64,000 bases of DNA from Sphingomonadales bacterium (GCA_038328515.1 JBBQMB010000001.1:2044-66043); one strand, 5' to 3'; shown: positions 47,565 to 56,199, numbered from the stretch's first letter. Notes: generated by a model not told the origin, from the sequence alone. Translations and numbers: made by a program.

Positions 47565-48743
47565 CTAGCGTTCCACGCACAGGGCAATGCCCATGCCGCC
47601 GCCGATGCACAATGTCGCCAGGCCCTTTTTGACGTCGCGGCGGATCATTTCATGGATCAGCGTCGTCAACACCCGCGCCCCCGAGGCGCCGATCGGGTGG
47701 CCGATGGCGATGGCGCCGCCGTTTACATTCACCTTGGCCGGATCGAGCCCCAGCTCCTGTCCGACCGCAAGTGCCTGCGCGGCAAAGGCTTCGTTGGCCT
47801 CGATCAGATCAAGGTCAGCAACGCTCCAGCCGGCCTTTTCCAGCGCCTTTTGCGACGCCGGCACCGGGCCGATGCCCATGATGGCGGTGTCAACCCCCAC
47901 CGAAGCCCAGCTCGCGATGCGCGCCAGCACCGGCGCATTGCGGCGGCTGGCTTCGGCTTCGCTCATCACGACCAGTGCAGCGGCGCCATCATTCAGGCCG
48001 CTGGCATTGGCCGCAGTGACGCTGCCATCTTTTTTAAAGGCACCGCGCAGCCCCGAAATGCTGTCGATCGTCACGCCATCACGGATATATTCATCGGTAT
48101 CGACCACCGTATCGCCCTTGCGGCCCTTGATGGTGACTGGCGCGATCTGGCCCTTGAAGCGGCCTTCGGCGCGCGCCGCGCTCGCCTTGTTCTGGCTGGC
48201 AACGGCAAATTCATCCTGCGAGGCGCGGCCGATCTGGTAGCGTTCCGCGACATTTTCGGCGGTAATGCCCATGTGATAGCCGTTGAAGGCATCCCACAAT
48301 CCGTCCTTGATCATCGTGTCGATGAGTTCGACGGCGCCCATCTTGGTGCCGGCGCGCAGCGCCTGGGCATGGGCGGAAAGGCTCATGCTCTCCTGGCCGC
48401 CGGCAATGATGATCCTCGCGTCGCCCGCCTGGATCGCCTGCGAAGCCAGCGCCACGGCGCGCAGGCCCGATCCGCAGACCTGGTTGACCCCCCACGCCGG
48501 CGCGCCCTGCGCAATGCCGGCCGCCATCGCCGCCTGCCGCGCCGGGTTCTGGCCCTGACCGGCTGTCAATACCTGGCCGAGGATGACTTCATCGATTTCA
48601 TCGGCGCTCACACCGGCATCGGCGAGCGCCGCCATGATCGCTGCCTTGCCCAGTTCATGCGCCGGCACGCCGGCAAAGGCGCCCATGAAGCTGCCAACCG
48701 CGGTGCGGCGGGCGGCGGTGATTACGGTTCCGGTCATGGTCAT
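47565..48743 (-). CDS. phaA: Acetyl-CoA C-acetyltransferase (thiolase II)
   Basis: The active-site Cys sits in [25 protein letters not shown] and CIGGGMGIA are present, and the protein is 392 aa. The phaA symbol is by context with phaR nearby. Confidence 0.93.
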   Translation of the reverse strand: MTMTGTVITAARRTAVGSFMGAFAGVPAHELGKAAIMAALADAGVSADEIDEVILGQVLTAGQGQNPARQAAMAAGIAQGAPAWGVNQVCGSGLRAVALASQAIQAGDARIIIAGGQESMSLSAHAQALRAGTKMGAVELIDTMIKDGLWDAFNGYHMGITAENVAERYQIGRASQDEFAVASQNKASAARAEGRFKGQIAPVTIKGRKGDTVVDTDEYIRDGVTIDSISGLRGAFKKDGSVTAANASGLNDGAAALVVMSEAEASRRNAPVLARIASWASVGVDTAIMGIGPVPASQKALEKAGWSVADLDLIEANEAFAAQALAVGQELGLDPAKVNVNGGAIAIGHPIGASGARVLTTLIHEMIRRDVKKGLATLCIGGGMGIALCVER

Positions 48744-48844
48744 TCGCTTTCGTGAAACGGTGTGATTCGGTACGGCGCCACGCTATAGGCTGGCCGCCGG
48801 AAAGGCCAGACCATGGCACGGCAGCGGGATTTGAGGTGTTCACC

Positions 48845-49261
48845 ATGACCGACGAGTATGAAATCAGCGATGGCGTCCCCAAAATCGCCGAATTCTGCCA
48901 CCTGCGCGCCATTGCCGGCATGACCCCGCGCAGCGCCATTGCCGCTGCCGCCGGGCTGCCCAACAGCTGGTTTGCGGTTGTCGTGCGGCACATGGGTGTT
49001 GCCGTTGGGATGGGCCGGATCATCGCCGATGGCGGGCTGGCCTTTCTGATCGCCGATATCGCGGTCGATCCGGCGCATCAGCAGCGCGGGTTGGGCAAGG
49101 CGATCATGGCGCGGCTGATGGCCGAAATCCGCGCCCGGGCGCCTGCCGAAGCCCATGTCAGCCTCATCGCCGATGGCGACGCCCGGCATCTTTATGCCCG
49201 GTTCGGCTTTGCCGATGTCACGCCGGCGTCGATCGGCATGGACGTGTGGATCAAGCCCTGA
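48845..49261 (+). CDS. GNAT family N-acetyltransferase
   Basis: Acetyl-CoA motif A is present as QQRGLGKAIMARL. The protein is 138 aa. A GAGG Shine-Dalgarno precedes the ATG at 48845. Confidence 0.8.
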   Translation: MTDEYEISDGVPKIAEFCHLRAIAGMTPRSAIAAAAGLPNSWFAVVVRHMGVAVGMGRIIADGGLAFLIADIAVDPAHQQRGLGKAIMARLMAEIRARAPAEAHVSLIADGDARHLYARFGFADVTPASIGMDVWIKP

Positions 49262-50327
49262 CCAGCCATTCGGCAAGCGGACTCCACAACAGCGTCGGCG
49301 CGCGGCCGCCCACCACCATGCCGACATGGCCCGCCGCGAGCGGCAGCGGCGTGCCGACCCCCAGCGTCGATAGCGCCGCGCCCGGCGGCACGATGCGGTC
49401 GCGGCTGGCGATGATGTCGAGGATGGGGATGCCGAGCGCTGCCGGGTCGATACGCTGGCCCGCGATGGTCCAGCGTCCAGCCCCGGTTGCGTCGTCACGA
49501 TAGAGCGTTTCAGCCAGCGTTTGCGCGGTTGCCAGCGATAGCGCCGCCCCGGTGTTCGACCAATCTTCCAGCGCCGTGAACGCCGCGATATCGGCGGGCA
49601 GGGCACTCGCCAGCCGGGCATATTTGGCCACCACCCCGGCTTCATCGAGCGCCCAGAACGCTGGTTGCAGCAGTTCGATCGGCAGCACCCCCAATTGCGT
49701 CGCCAGCGGCGCCGTGTGCGTCCACCAGTCTGCCAGCCGCGCCCGCGCCTCGCCATAGCCGGTAAAATGCCATGGCGTTGCCAGCAGCGCTACCTTGGTC
49801 ACTGCTGGGCCGAGCAGGGCCGCCGCTGCCAGCGCCAGCGTGCCACCGAGGCAATAGCCCGCCAGGGCGACCGGCTCGCCCAACCCGGCAATCAAGGGCA
49901 CCAGCCGCTCGGTGATCAGCGCTTCGATGCCGAGCGGCGCGGTTTCGCCCCAATCGACCAGCAGCGGCCGCTGCCCGCGCGCCGCCAGCCCGGCGAGCAG
50001 CGAATTGCCGGGGGCCAGATCGAGCACATGCGCCGGATTGATCAGCGAGGGGATGAACACCACCACCGGGCCGCTGCCGCCGAAATCCCTGAGGCTGACC
50101 GAGCCGATGCGGGCAATTTCGACCGGCGCGGGTCGCACTGCTGGCACCGGCGCCTGTTGATATTGGCGCAGCCCGGCGAGCACGCTGCGGAGCCGGGCCG
50201 GATTATCGCCGCACTGCCGCTGCACCATCGCCAGGAACACCGGTAACGGGTGGGGCCCGCGGCTACGTTGCGGCGCAACATTGATCTGTGTTACACGCAG
50301 GGCTTCGTGAGTTTCAGGATTTTCCAT
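49251..50327 (-). CDS. Short PhaC-like alpha/beta hydrolase (class III-type PHA synthase-like)
   Basis: It has the PHA-synthase-type lipase box with Cys (GYCLGG), plus a candidate Asp (ASRDRIVP) and His (AGHVGMV). From the first ATG at 50327 it is about 358 aa. The track start at 50402 is a TTG inside phaR. Confidence 0.7.
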   Translation of the reverse strand: MENPETHEALRVTQINVAPQRSRGPHPLPVFLAMVQRQCGDNPARLRSVLAGLRQYQQAPVPAVRPAPVEIARIGSVSLRDFGGSGPVVVFIPSLINPAHVLDLAPGNSLLAGLAARGQRPLLVDWGETAPLGIEALITERLVPLIAGLGEPVALAGYCLGGTLALAAAALLGPAVTKVALLATPWHFTGYGEARARLADWWTHTAPLATQLGVLPIELLQPAFWALDEAGVVAKYARLASALPADIAAFTALEDWSNTGAALSLATAQTLAETLYRDDATGAGRWTIAGQRIDPAALGIPILDIIASRDRIVPPGAALSTLGVGTPLPLAAGHVGMVVGGRAPTLLWSPLAEWLVRA

Positions 50328-50925
50328 GGCCAACGCATCCAAAACCGCTGCCGACGGCCCGAAAACCGGCGAATCGCCGGTCGTGATCAAGAAATACGCC
50401 AACCGACGCCTCTATAATACCGAAAGCAGCAGCTACATCACCCTCGATCATCTCGCGACGATGACGCGCCAGGGCCGTGATTTCCAGGTCTTTGATGCCC
50501 GCAGCGGCGAAGATATCACCCGGTCGGTGCTCACCCAGATCGTCATGGAGGAAGAATCCGGCGGCCAGACCATGCTGCCAGTGCCGTTCTTGCGCCAGAT
50601 CATCGCGATGTATGGCGATTCGATGCAAGGCATGGTGCCGCATTACCTCGAAGCATCGATGGCGGCTTTTTCCGAAAACCAGAATAAATTTCGTGATGCG
50701 GCGTTGAAGCCGTTTGAACAGATGGCCAAGCAGAATCTGGCGTTGTTCCAGGCGGCCTCTGAAATGCTGAGCAGCAACGCCCTTGCCAAGGCGCGCCCGG
50801 CGCCGAATTCCGTACCGCCAGCCGCCGCCGCCGCGCCGGCCAGCGACAGCGAAGCCGAGATGGTGGCATTGAAGGCGCAATTGGCGGCGCTGCAAGCCCG
50901 GCTTGATGGCCTCGCCAAGAGCTGA
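50326..50925 (+). CDS. phaR: Polyhydroxyalkanoate synthesis repressor PhaR
   Basis: The N-terminal DNA-binding motif VVIKKYANRRLYNTESSSYITLDHLATM is present. An AGGA Shine-Dalgarno lies 6 nt upstream of the ATG. Confidence 0.9.
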   Translation: MANASKTAADGPKTGESPVVIKKYANRRLYNTESSSYITLDHLATMTRQGRDFQVFDARSGEDITRSVLTQIVMEEESGGQTMLPVPFLRQIIAMYGDSMQGMVPHYLEASMAAFSENQNKFRDAALKPFEQMAKQNLALFQAASEMLSSNALAKARPAPNSVPPAAAAAPASDSEAEMVALKAQLAALQARLDGLAKS

Positions 50926-51115
50926 GCGAGAAACAATCTTTCATTAGATTTTCGTCTGGATTTGGCGGCAAGGCGCTTGCTCGCTTGCCAGAGCATCGCT
51001 ATGAGCCCGCGCAGGGGATGGAATGTCCGGTCCCGGACGTTCTTGACGGTCGCGCAGGGTACTTCGACCCAGGTGGGTCGAGTAAGTCTGCTACCGTCGG
51101 GTGGAGATTTGCGTA

Positions 51116-51622
51116 ATGGATTCCATAGCTTCGATGCGCGATTCAGATTCGGACAGTGGTGCCGAGGATATGACGGTCGGTGATGCTGCCGATATGGCGA
51201 ACCCGGTTGGCGACGGACTGCCGGCAGGCTATCGGCCAAAGGCCGACGAAGACTTCATGAACCCGCTGCAGCTTGCCTATTTCAAGCGCAAATTGCTCGA
51301 TTGGAAAGAATCGATCCTGCAGGAGGCTGCCGGTACGCTGGAAACGCTGAAGGCCGAGCCGCTGCGCGAACCCGATGTCACCGATCGCGCTTCAAGCGAG
51401 ACCGATTGGGGTGTCGAACTGCGCACGCGCGACCGCCAGCGCAAGGTCATCAGCAAGATCGATGCGGCCATTCGCCGAATCGATGCTGGCGACTATGGTT
51501 ATTGCGAAGTGAGCGGCGAACCGATTTCCCTGCAACGGCTCGAAGCGCGCCCGATCGCGACGATGACGCTCGAGGCGCAGGAGCGCCATGAGCGCGATGA
51601 GAAGGTCACCCGCGACGAGTGA
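51116..51622 (+). CDS. dksA: RNA polymerase-binding transcription factor DksA (single-Cys type)
   Basis: The coiled-coil region includes DxxDxA-like acidic tip residues (VTDRASSETD). The C-terminal YGYCEVSGEPISLQRLEARPIATMTLEAQE aligns with the E. coli CxxC...CxxC zinc finger. A GGTGGAG Shine-Dalgarno lies upstream of the ATG at 51116. Confidence 0.85.
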   Translation: MDSIASMRDSDSDSGAEDMTVGDAADMANPVGDGLPAGYRPKADEDFMNPLQLAYFKRKLLDWKESILQEAAGTLETLKAEPLREPDVTDRASSETDWGVELRTRDRQRKVISKIDAAIRRIDAGDYGYCEVSGEPISLQRLEARPIATMTLEAQERHERDEKVTRDE

Positions 51623-51736
51623 CGCAGCCGGCACGTTTCAGGCGCGGCACGACTTGTGAATCAGCGCCTGCAATCGCCGCCTTGGCAGCCATGGAAATCA
51701 CGCGTCATCTCAACCCAGCGACTTCTGGGTCCAGAA

Positions 51737-51895
51737 CTAGTGCAATCGTTCGATTTCTTCCTTCAGCTTCAGCTTCTCCCGCTTCAACCGCGCCAGCCGG
51801 GTCTGATCGGGGTTCGGGCGACGGGTTTCGGCCGTCACCGTTTCATCGAGCAGAGCATGCCGGGCGGTCAGGCTGGCGAGATGAGCATTGGCCAT
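51737..51895 (-). CDS. DUF465 (YdcH family) small protein
   Basis: The 52-aa sequence is MANAHLASLTARHALLDETVTAETRRPNPDQTRLARLKREKLKLKEEIERLH. It carries the family pattern H..LDe.....LKr.KL.LKdEI. A GGGAGA Shine-Dalgarno lies upstream. Confidence 0.75.
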   Translation of the reverse strand: MANAHLASLTARHALLDETVTAETRRPNPDQTRLARLKREKLKLKEEIERLH

Positions 51896-52052
51896 TGAAG
51901 TCTCCCTTTTGCGCCATCCGGATTGATGGCTATGGCTGGGATGGATGATGCTTTCACGAACGGCCGCACTTGTCCATGCTTGCATTTTTATTGACGCTGC
52001 GGCGTTATCCGGCCGGGCCAGAGTGGTTGCGGCGATCGGTGTGGTTGTCGAG

Positions 52053-52286
52053 ATGAAGCGTCGCCACGCAGCCAGGGGAGCGGACCGCGTGGAAGAGATT
52101 GAAATCCGGGCACGCGCTGAAATCGCCCGCCGCGACCACCGCGATCTTGATGCCGCTATCGATGCGCTAAGCCAAATGCCCAATGTCGACATGATCCAGT
52201 TGCAACGCTTCAAGAAACGCAAATTGAAGCTGCGCGATGAAATCGCACTTCTCGAAGACATGCTGATCCCCGATATCATCGCTTGA
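52053..52286 (+). CDS. DUF465 (YdcH family) small protein, second paralog
   Basis: The sequence HRDLDAAIDALSQMPNVDMIQLQRFKKRKLKLRDEIALLEDML shows the same family pattern. The start is approximate (ATG 52053). Confidence 0.65.
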   Translation: MKRRHAARGADRVEEIEIRARAEIARRDHRDLDAAIDALSQMPNVDMIQLQRFKKRKLKLRDEIALLEDMLIPDIIA

Positions 52287-52347
52287 ACCGCTGGATTTGC
52301 GCTCGGCGACCGCCATGCTAGACTGTATTCGCTTGGAACGCGGGTTG

Positions 52348-52932
52348 ATGGCTATGCAACGCGGGCTATTTTTCACCATTGGGTTGCTGATCTTCGTGGT
52401 CGCTGCGCCGGCGCTGGCGGCGTCGGCGGCCGCGGTCATTGGAACCGGCTATGCGCGCGGCTGTTTTGATGCCGCCACCCGCAAGCGGCCGCTGCGCGAA
52501 GCCTTGCGATTGTGCGATTCGGCGCTGCTCGATGATCGGTTGGCGGCGGATGATCGCGCCGCGACGCTGGTCAATCGCGGCATCATCAACATGCAGGCGC
52601 AAAAAATCGACGCGGCACTCGCTGATTATGACGCAGCGATCAAAATGGCGCCGGCGACCGCCGAGGCCTGGGTCAACAAAGGCATCGCGTTGGTCCAGGT
52701 CGGCAATCGCGATGACGAAGCCGTGGCATTGTTGACCGAAGGCATCGCCCGGAGCCCGAAGCGACCGGCTGTCGCCTATTATTCGCGCGCCATCGCTTAT
52801 GAAGGGCTGGGCCGCCCGCGCCAGGCGTATGAAGATTACAGCCGTGCCGCCCAGCTTGATCCGGATTGGACCGAACCAGCCGAACAATTGCAACGCTTCA
52901 AGGTCGTGCGCGGCAAGACGTTGAGCGGTTGA
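52348..52932 (+). CDS. Secreted TPR-repeat protein
   Basis: The signal peptide is LLIFVVAAPALAASAAA. Three or four TPR units are present (ATLVNRGIINMQAQKIDAALADYDAAIKMAP, EAWVNKGIALVQVG, AYYSRAIAYEGLGRPRQAYEDYSRAAQLDP). Confidence 0.7.
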   Translation: MAMQRGLFFTIGLLIFVVAAPALAASAAAVIGTGYARGCFDAATRKRPLREALRLCDSALLDDRLAADDRAATLVNRGIINMQAQKIDAALADYDAAIKMAPATAEAWVNKGIALVQVGNRDDEAVALLTEGIARSPKRPAVAYYSRAIAYEGLGRPRQAYEDYSRAAQLDPDWTEPAEQLQRFKVVRGKTLSG

Positions 52933-52933
52933 A

Positions 52934-52969
52934 CCCGGGGGCGTCCGCCAAGTGGCGAAAGCCCCCGGG
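52934..52969. terminator. Hairpin between convergent genes (CCCGGGGGC-N18-GCCCCCGGG with an inner CGCC/GGCG stem)
   Basis: Read directly from the sequence, between the TPR gene stop (52932) and the ibpA stop (52977). There is no T-run. Confidence 0.45.
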
Positions 52970-52976
52970 CCGACGA

Positions 52977-53450
52977 TTATTCCGCCGCGAGCCGCTGCTC
53001 GACCGGTTCAACCGGCGCCAGCGCCGCGCCGATAGTGACCTTGCGGGGCTTTTTATGCTCGGGAATTTCGCGGACCAGATCGATATGCAACAGGCCGTTG
53101 GCATAGCTGGCGCCGGTTACCTTGATCGTATCGGCGAGCTGAAAACGACGCTCGAAGGCGCGCTTGGCGATGCCGCGATGCAGGAAGACGCGGGCGTCGC
53201 TTTCGGCTTCGGGCAATGCTGCGCCGGTAACGATCAGCGTGTTTTCCTGCACGGTGAGATCAAGTTCATTTTCCGCAAAGCCTGCCACCGCCATCGCGAT
53301 GCGATAGGCACCATCGCCAAGCTTTTCAATGTTATAGGGCGGGTAGCTGCTATCACCGCCGTCGACCCGGCCGGCAAATTCCACCAGGCGGTTGAGGTTT
53401 TCATAGCCGATCGACGACCGCAGCAGGGGGGAAATGTCAAAAGCACGCAT
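52977..53450 (-). CDS. ibpA: Small heat shock protein, Hsp20/alpha-crystallin family (IbpA-like)
   Basis: The N-terminus MRAFDISPLLRSSIGYENL is IbpA-like, and an alpha-crystallin core is present (YPPYNIEKLGDGAYRIAMAVAGF...NGLLHIDL). The AAAGGA Shine-Dalgarno spacing fits the ATG at 53450 rather than 53456. Confidence 0.9.
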   Translation of the reverse strand: MRAFDISPLLRSSIGYENLNRLVEFAGRVDGGDSSYPPYNIEKLGDGAYRIAMAVAGFAENELDLTVQENTLIVTGAALPEAESDARVFLHRGIAKRAFERRFQLADTIKVTGASYANGLLHIDLVREIPEHKKPRKVTIGAALAPVEPVEQRLAAE

Positions 53451-53544
53451 GGGCATGTCCTTTCAAAAGCGTATTGCCATAGTGTCCCCGCCCAAGGGGC
53501 CGGGGAATATCAGCGCCCCGATTGGCAACGCCGATGCTGCCAAG

Positions 53545-54021
53545 ATGGCGCTGGCGCGCGGGCTTTCAAGTGGGGGATTTCTGCCACTGGCGCAGCGCGG
53601 GCCAAGCATGCAACAACGGCTCATGCAAACCGAGCACCGCCGCGCCGTGGAGACTCTTTATCGCGAAGCGGTGGCGCTCGCCGATCAGGCGCGCGGATGG
53701 TTTGACGGGCCCGGCGCGGCGTGGCGGGCAAGCCTCGATATTGCCGACCAGGCGCTGGTCGCGACGGAAAGCCTGGCGACGACAGCGCGCCTGCTGGCGA
53801 TCATCGCCTGGGCGCTCGACCCGAGGCAGGTTTCCGACCCCGAACGCCCGCCACCGTTTGTGCGTGTTGATGCGACATCGCCTGTCGCATTGCCCCTGCA
53901 GGGTCAGCGCGGCGGCGCGATTGCAGCGACCGCCCGGCACTTGACGGCCCGTGCCGCAGCGTTGACATCGGTTGACCAGACCCCGCCGCCAGTGGCGGTG
54001 AACGACAGGCAGCTTGCATGA
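53545..54021 (+). CDS. DUF1465 family protein (RcdA-like)
   Basis: The segment LYREAVALADQARGWFDG ... ESLATTARLLAIIAWAL resembles the DUF1465/RcdA pattern as I remember it. The start is uncertain, with ATGs at 53545, 53608 and 53623. Confidence 0.55.
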   Translation: MALARGLSSGGFLPLAQRGPSMQQRLMQTEHRRAVETLYREAVALADQARGWFDGPGAAWRASLDIADQALVATESLATTARLLAIIAWALDPRQVSDPERPPPFVRVDATSPVALPLQGQRGGAIAATARHLTARAAALTSVDQTPPPVAVNDRQLA

Positions 54022-54425
54022 ACCCTTTTCACCTTGCCATTCCTGTTGATGACCTCGCGGCGGCGCGGCACTTCTACGCCAGCGTGCTCGGTTGCCCTGA
54101 GGGACGTTCATCACCGATATGGATTGATTTCAACTTTTTCGGGCACCAGTTGGTGGTTCATCGGGCGCCACGCAGCGCGATCATTCGCAACCCGGTTGAT
54201 GGCGATGCCGTGCCGGTACCGCATTTCGGGCTGGTGCTCGGCTGGGCAGACTGGGAGGCGCTGGGCGCGCGGATCGCGGCGGCCGGTGTCGCCTTCGAAC
54301 TGCCGCCGCATGTGCGCTTTGCCGGAAAACCGGGTGAACAGGGGACGTTCTTCCTGTTCGATCCCGCCGGAAATGCGCTGGAATTCAAGGCGATGCGGAA
54401 CCCGGACAATCTGTTTGCGGTTTAG
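54018..54425 (+). CDS. VOC (glyoxalase/dioxygenase) family protein
   Basis: The N-terminus is MNPFHLAIPVDDLAAARHFYASVLGC. The protein ends with the pattern DPAGNALEF and is 135 aa. The start forms an ATGA overlap with the upstream gene. Confidence 0.8.
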   Translation: MNPFHLAIPVDDLAAARHFYASVLGCPEGRSSPIWIDFNFFGHQLVVHRAPRSAIIRNPVDGDAVPVPHFGLVLGWADWEALGARIAAAGVAFELPPHVRFAGKPGEQGTFFLFDPAGNALEFKAMRNPDNLFAV

Positions 54426-54985
54426 TTAAGCCCGCGCACCAACTGGCGAACCATCGCAATCCAGGGCGCATCGAGGATGATCTGGCGCGCGCCAGGCGTG
54501 GCCGGCAGGATCTGGACCCGGCCGGCATCGGTGGCAACCAGCCGGCCAAAGGTGAAGCCACCCGCCGCGCGCGGCGCCAGCACATCGCGATTGATCGCCC
54601 GGCCAAAATCATCAGGGCCGAGCTGTTCGGCCCAGAGCGCATCGCCGGCGCGATAATCGCCGTGCGCAACATCGACGACGATACCGACCATTGCACCGCT
54701 GGGGGTGGGCGGCAGCAGCGTCATCGGTTTACGCGGCGCGACCACGCCGTCGCCGCCGATGATGGCGGCCACCGGTAGGTCGCTGCGGTCGGGCAGGGTA
54801 ACCAGATCGGCGGCTTCAACCTGCAGGGCGGCCGCAATGCGGTTCAGCCAGCCGACAGAGACGGTGCGCACCCCGGTTTCCAGCCTGCCGATTGTCTGCG
54901 CGGTTGTTGGCGGATCGCAGGCCAGCGCGACATCGAGCAGAGTCATGCCCCGGGCCTTGCGTTCCTCACGGATACGCGTCAACAT
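54422..54985 (-). CDS. XRE-family helix-turn-helix regulator with a C-terminal S24/LexA-like beta domain lacking obvious catalytic residues
   Basis: The N-terminal HTH is RIREERKARGMTLLDVALACDPPTTAQTIGRLETGVRTVSVGWLNRIAAAL. The C-terminal 110 aa resemble the repressor C-domain (GDYRAGDALW), but I see no G-S-M/K dyad. Confidence 0.7.
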   Translation of the reverse strand: MLTRIREERKARGMTLLDVALACDPPTTAQTIGRLETGVRTVSVGWLNRIAAALQVEAADLVTLPDRSDLPVAAIIGGDGVVAPRKPMTLLPPTPSGAMVGIVVDVAHGDYRAGDALWAEQLGPDDFGRAINRDVLAPRAAGGFTFGRLVATDAGRVQILPATPGARQIILDAPWIAMVRQLVRGLN

Positions 54986-55004
54986 TTGATGTTCCTTACT
55001 TGCG

Positions 55005-55017
55005 AACCATTATGGTT
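55005..55017. promoter_or_regulatory. Perfect 13-bp palindrome AACCAT-T-ATGGTT, a candidate operator
   Basis: Read directly from the sequence. It lies 20 bp upstream of the XRE gene ATG (54985), in the 101-bp divergent region shared with the DUF6456-like gene. Operator function is inferred. Confidence 0.35.
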
Positions 55018-55086
55018 ATCTCTGTCCTACAGTATTGCTTCTGTGGCAAGCCAAAAAAATAGGCTGCATTGGCACAGGAGCGAACC

Positions 55087-55587
55087 ATGAAGGCACATTC
55101 AACGCGAGAAACCGATATCGCTCCGGAGCCGATGAACCGCCTGCTTGCCGCCCGCACGCTCAGCCCGGCCGATGCGATCGACCGGCAGCGCGTGACGGTG
55201 AATTTGGCCGAATCGCCACTGGCATGGCTGGTGCGGCGCGGCATGGTGACGGCGCCGCAATTTGCCGCCAGCGAGCGTTTGCGCGGCGATTTCATGCGTG
55301 CCGGCCAGGCCCCGCGCGTCACCATGCGCTGGGACCCGGCGCCCGGTGGCAGCAACGGCGGGGGCGGCAGCATGGACCCGACCACGGCGCAACTGAGCGC
55401 GCGACAGCGCTTCGATGCAGCGGTTGCGGCCGCTGGCCCGGGGTTGAGCGATATATTGTGGCGGGTGATCTGCATGGGTGAGGGGCTTGAAACCGCCGAA
55501 CGTGCGATGAAATGGCCGAATCGCGCGGGAAAGCTCGTGCTGTTGCTGGCGCTCGACCGGTTGGTCACGCATTATCGCCTCGATTGA
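55087..55587 (+). CDS. DUF6456-like protein (hypothetical)
   Basis: The segments ESPLAWLVRRG...ERLRGDF...PRVTMRW and GPGLSDILWRVICMGEGLETAERAMKWPNRAGKLVLLLALDRLVTHY resemble the DUF6456 family as I remember it. An AGGAG Shine-Dalgarno lies 6 nt before the ATG at 55087, and the track start is a TTG. Confidence 0.55.
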   Translation: MKAHSTRETDIAPEPMNRLLAARTLSPADAIDRQRVTVNLAESPLAWLVRRGMVTAPQFAASERLRGDFMRAGQAPRVTMRWDPAPGGSNGGGGSMDPTTAQLSARQRFDAAVAAAGPGLSDILWRVICMGEGLETAERAMKWPNRAGKLVLLLALDRLVTHYRLD

Positions 55588-55608
55588 TTCGTTGCTGAAG
55601 GAATTGCC

Positions 55609-56199
55609 ATGTCTGTCCGCCCGCTGTTGTCCCCGATGCTGACCCCGATACTGACATTGCTAACCCTGTCGTTGTTGGCCGGCTGTGCCGACAAGGGCAC
55701 GACGTCGCTGGGCAAGACCCGGGCAGCGCCGCCCGCTGTCATCATCGGCACCAGCCTGATTGGTGCTGACGGCCAGATTATCGGCGAGGCCAGCCTGACG
55801 CAGGAAGCCGAGGGCGCGCGCATCATGATCAAGGTTACGGGCGTTCCGATCGGCACCCATGCCGTGCATCTGCACAGCGTTGGCCGCTGCGAGACTCCCG
55901 GCTTCACTACTGCCGGCGGCCATTTCAACCCCGGCATGAAACAGCATGGCGCAAACAACCCGATGGGCGATCATGCCGGTGATCTGCCCAATCTGGTGGT
56001 CGGTGATGATCATATTGGCAAGATGGACGCGGTGCGCGCCGGCCTGCGGTTGATCGATGGCGCGGCGCCGTTGCTCGATGCCGATGGCGCGGCGGTGGTC
56101 ATCCATGCCGGGCCGGATGATTTCGCCAGCGATCCTGCCGGGAATGCCGGCGGCCGGATCGCGTGCGGTGTGATCACCCGCGGACCGACAAGGCCGTGA
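55609..56199 (+). CDS. sodC: Copper/zinc superoxide dismutase, lipoprotein form
   Basis: The lipobox is LSLLAGC. Metal-ligand motifs HAVHLHSVGRCE, GGHFNP, HAGDLPNL and VVIHAGPDD are present, with a C-terminal GGRIACGVI. Confidence 0.95.
   Translation: MSVRPLLSPMLTPILTLLTLSLLAGCADKGTTSLGKTRAAPPAVIIGTSLIGADGQIIGEASLTQEAEGARIMIKVTGVPIGTHAVHLHSVGRCETPGFTTAGGHFNPGMKQHGANNPMGDHAGDLPNLVVGDDHIGKMDAVRAGLRLIDGAAPLLDADGAAVVIHAGPDDFASDPAGNAGGRIACGVITRGPTRP

Noticed and set aside
53434-53544. N-terminal extension of the DUF1465-like ORF back to ATG 53434
   Set aside because: It would overlap the divergent ibpA start codon and leader. The extension (MSKARMGMSFQKRIAIVSPPKG...) bears no resemblance to the family. 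Internal ATGs at 53545 and 53608 are more plausible.
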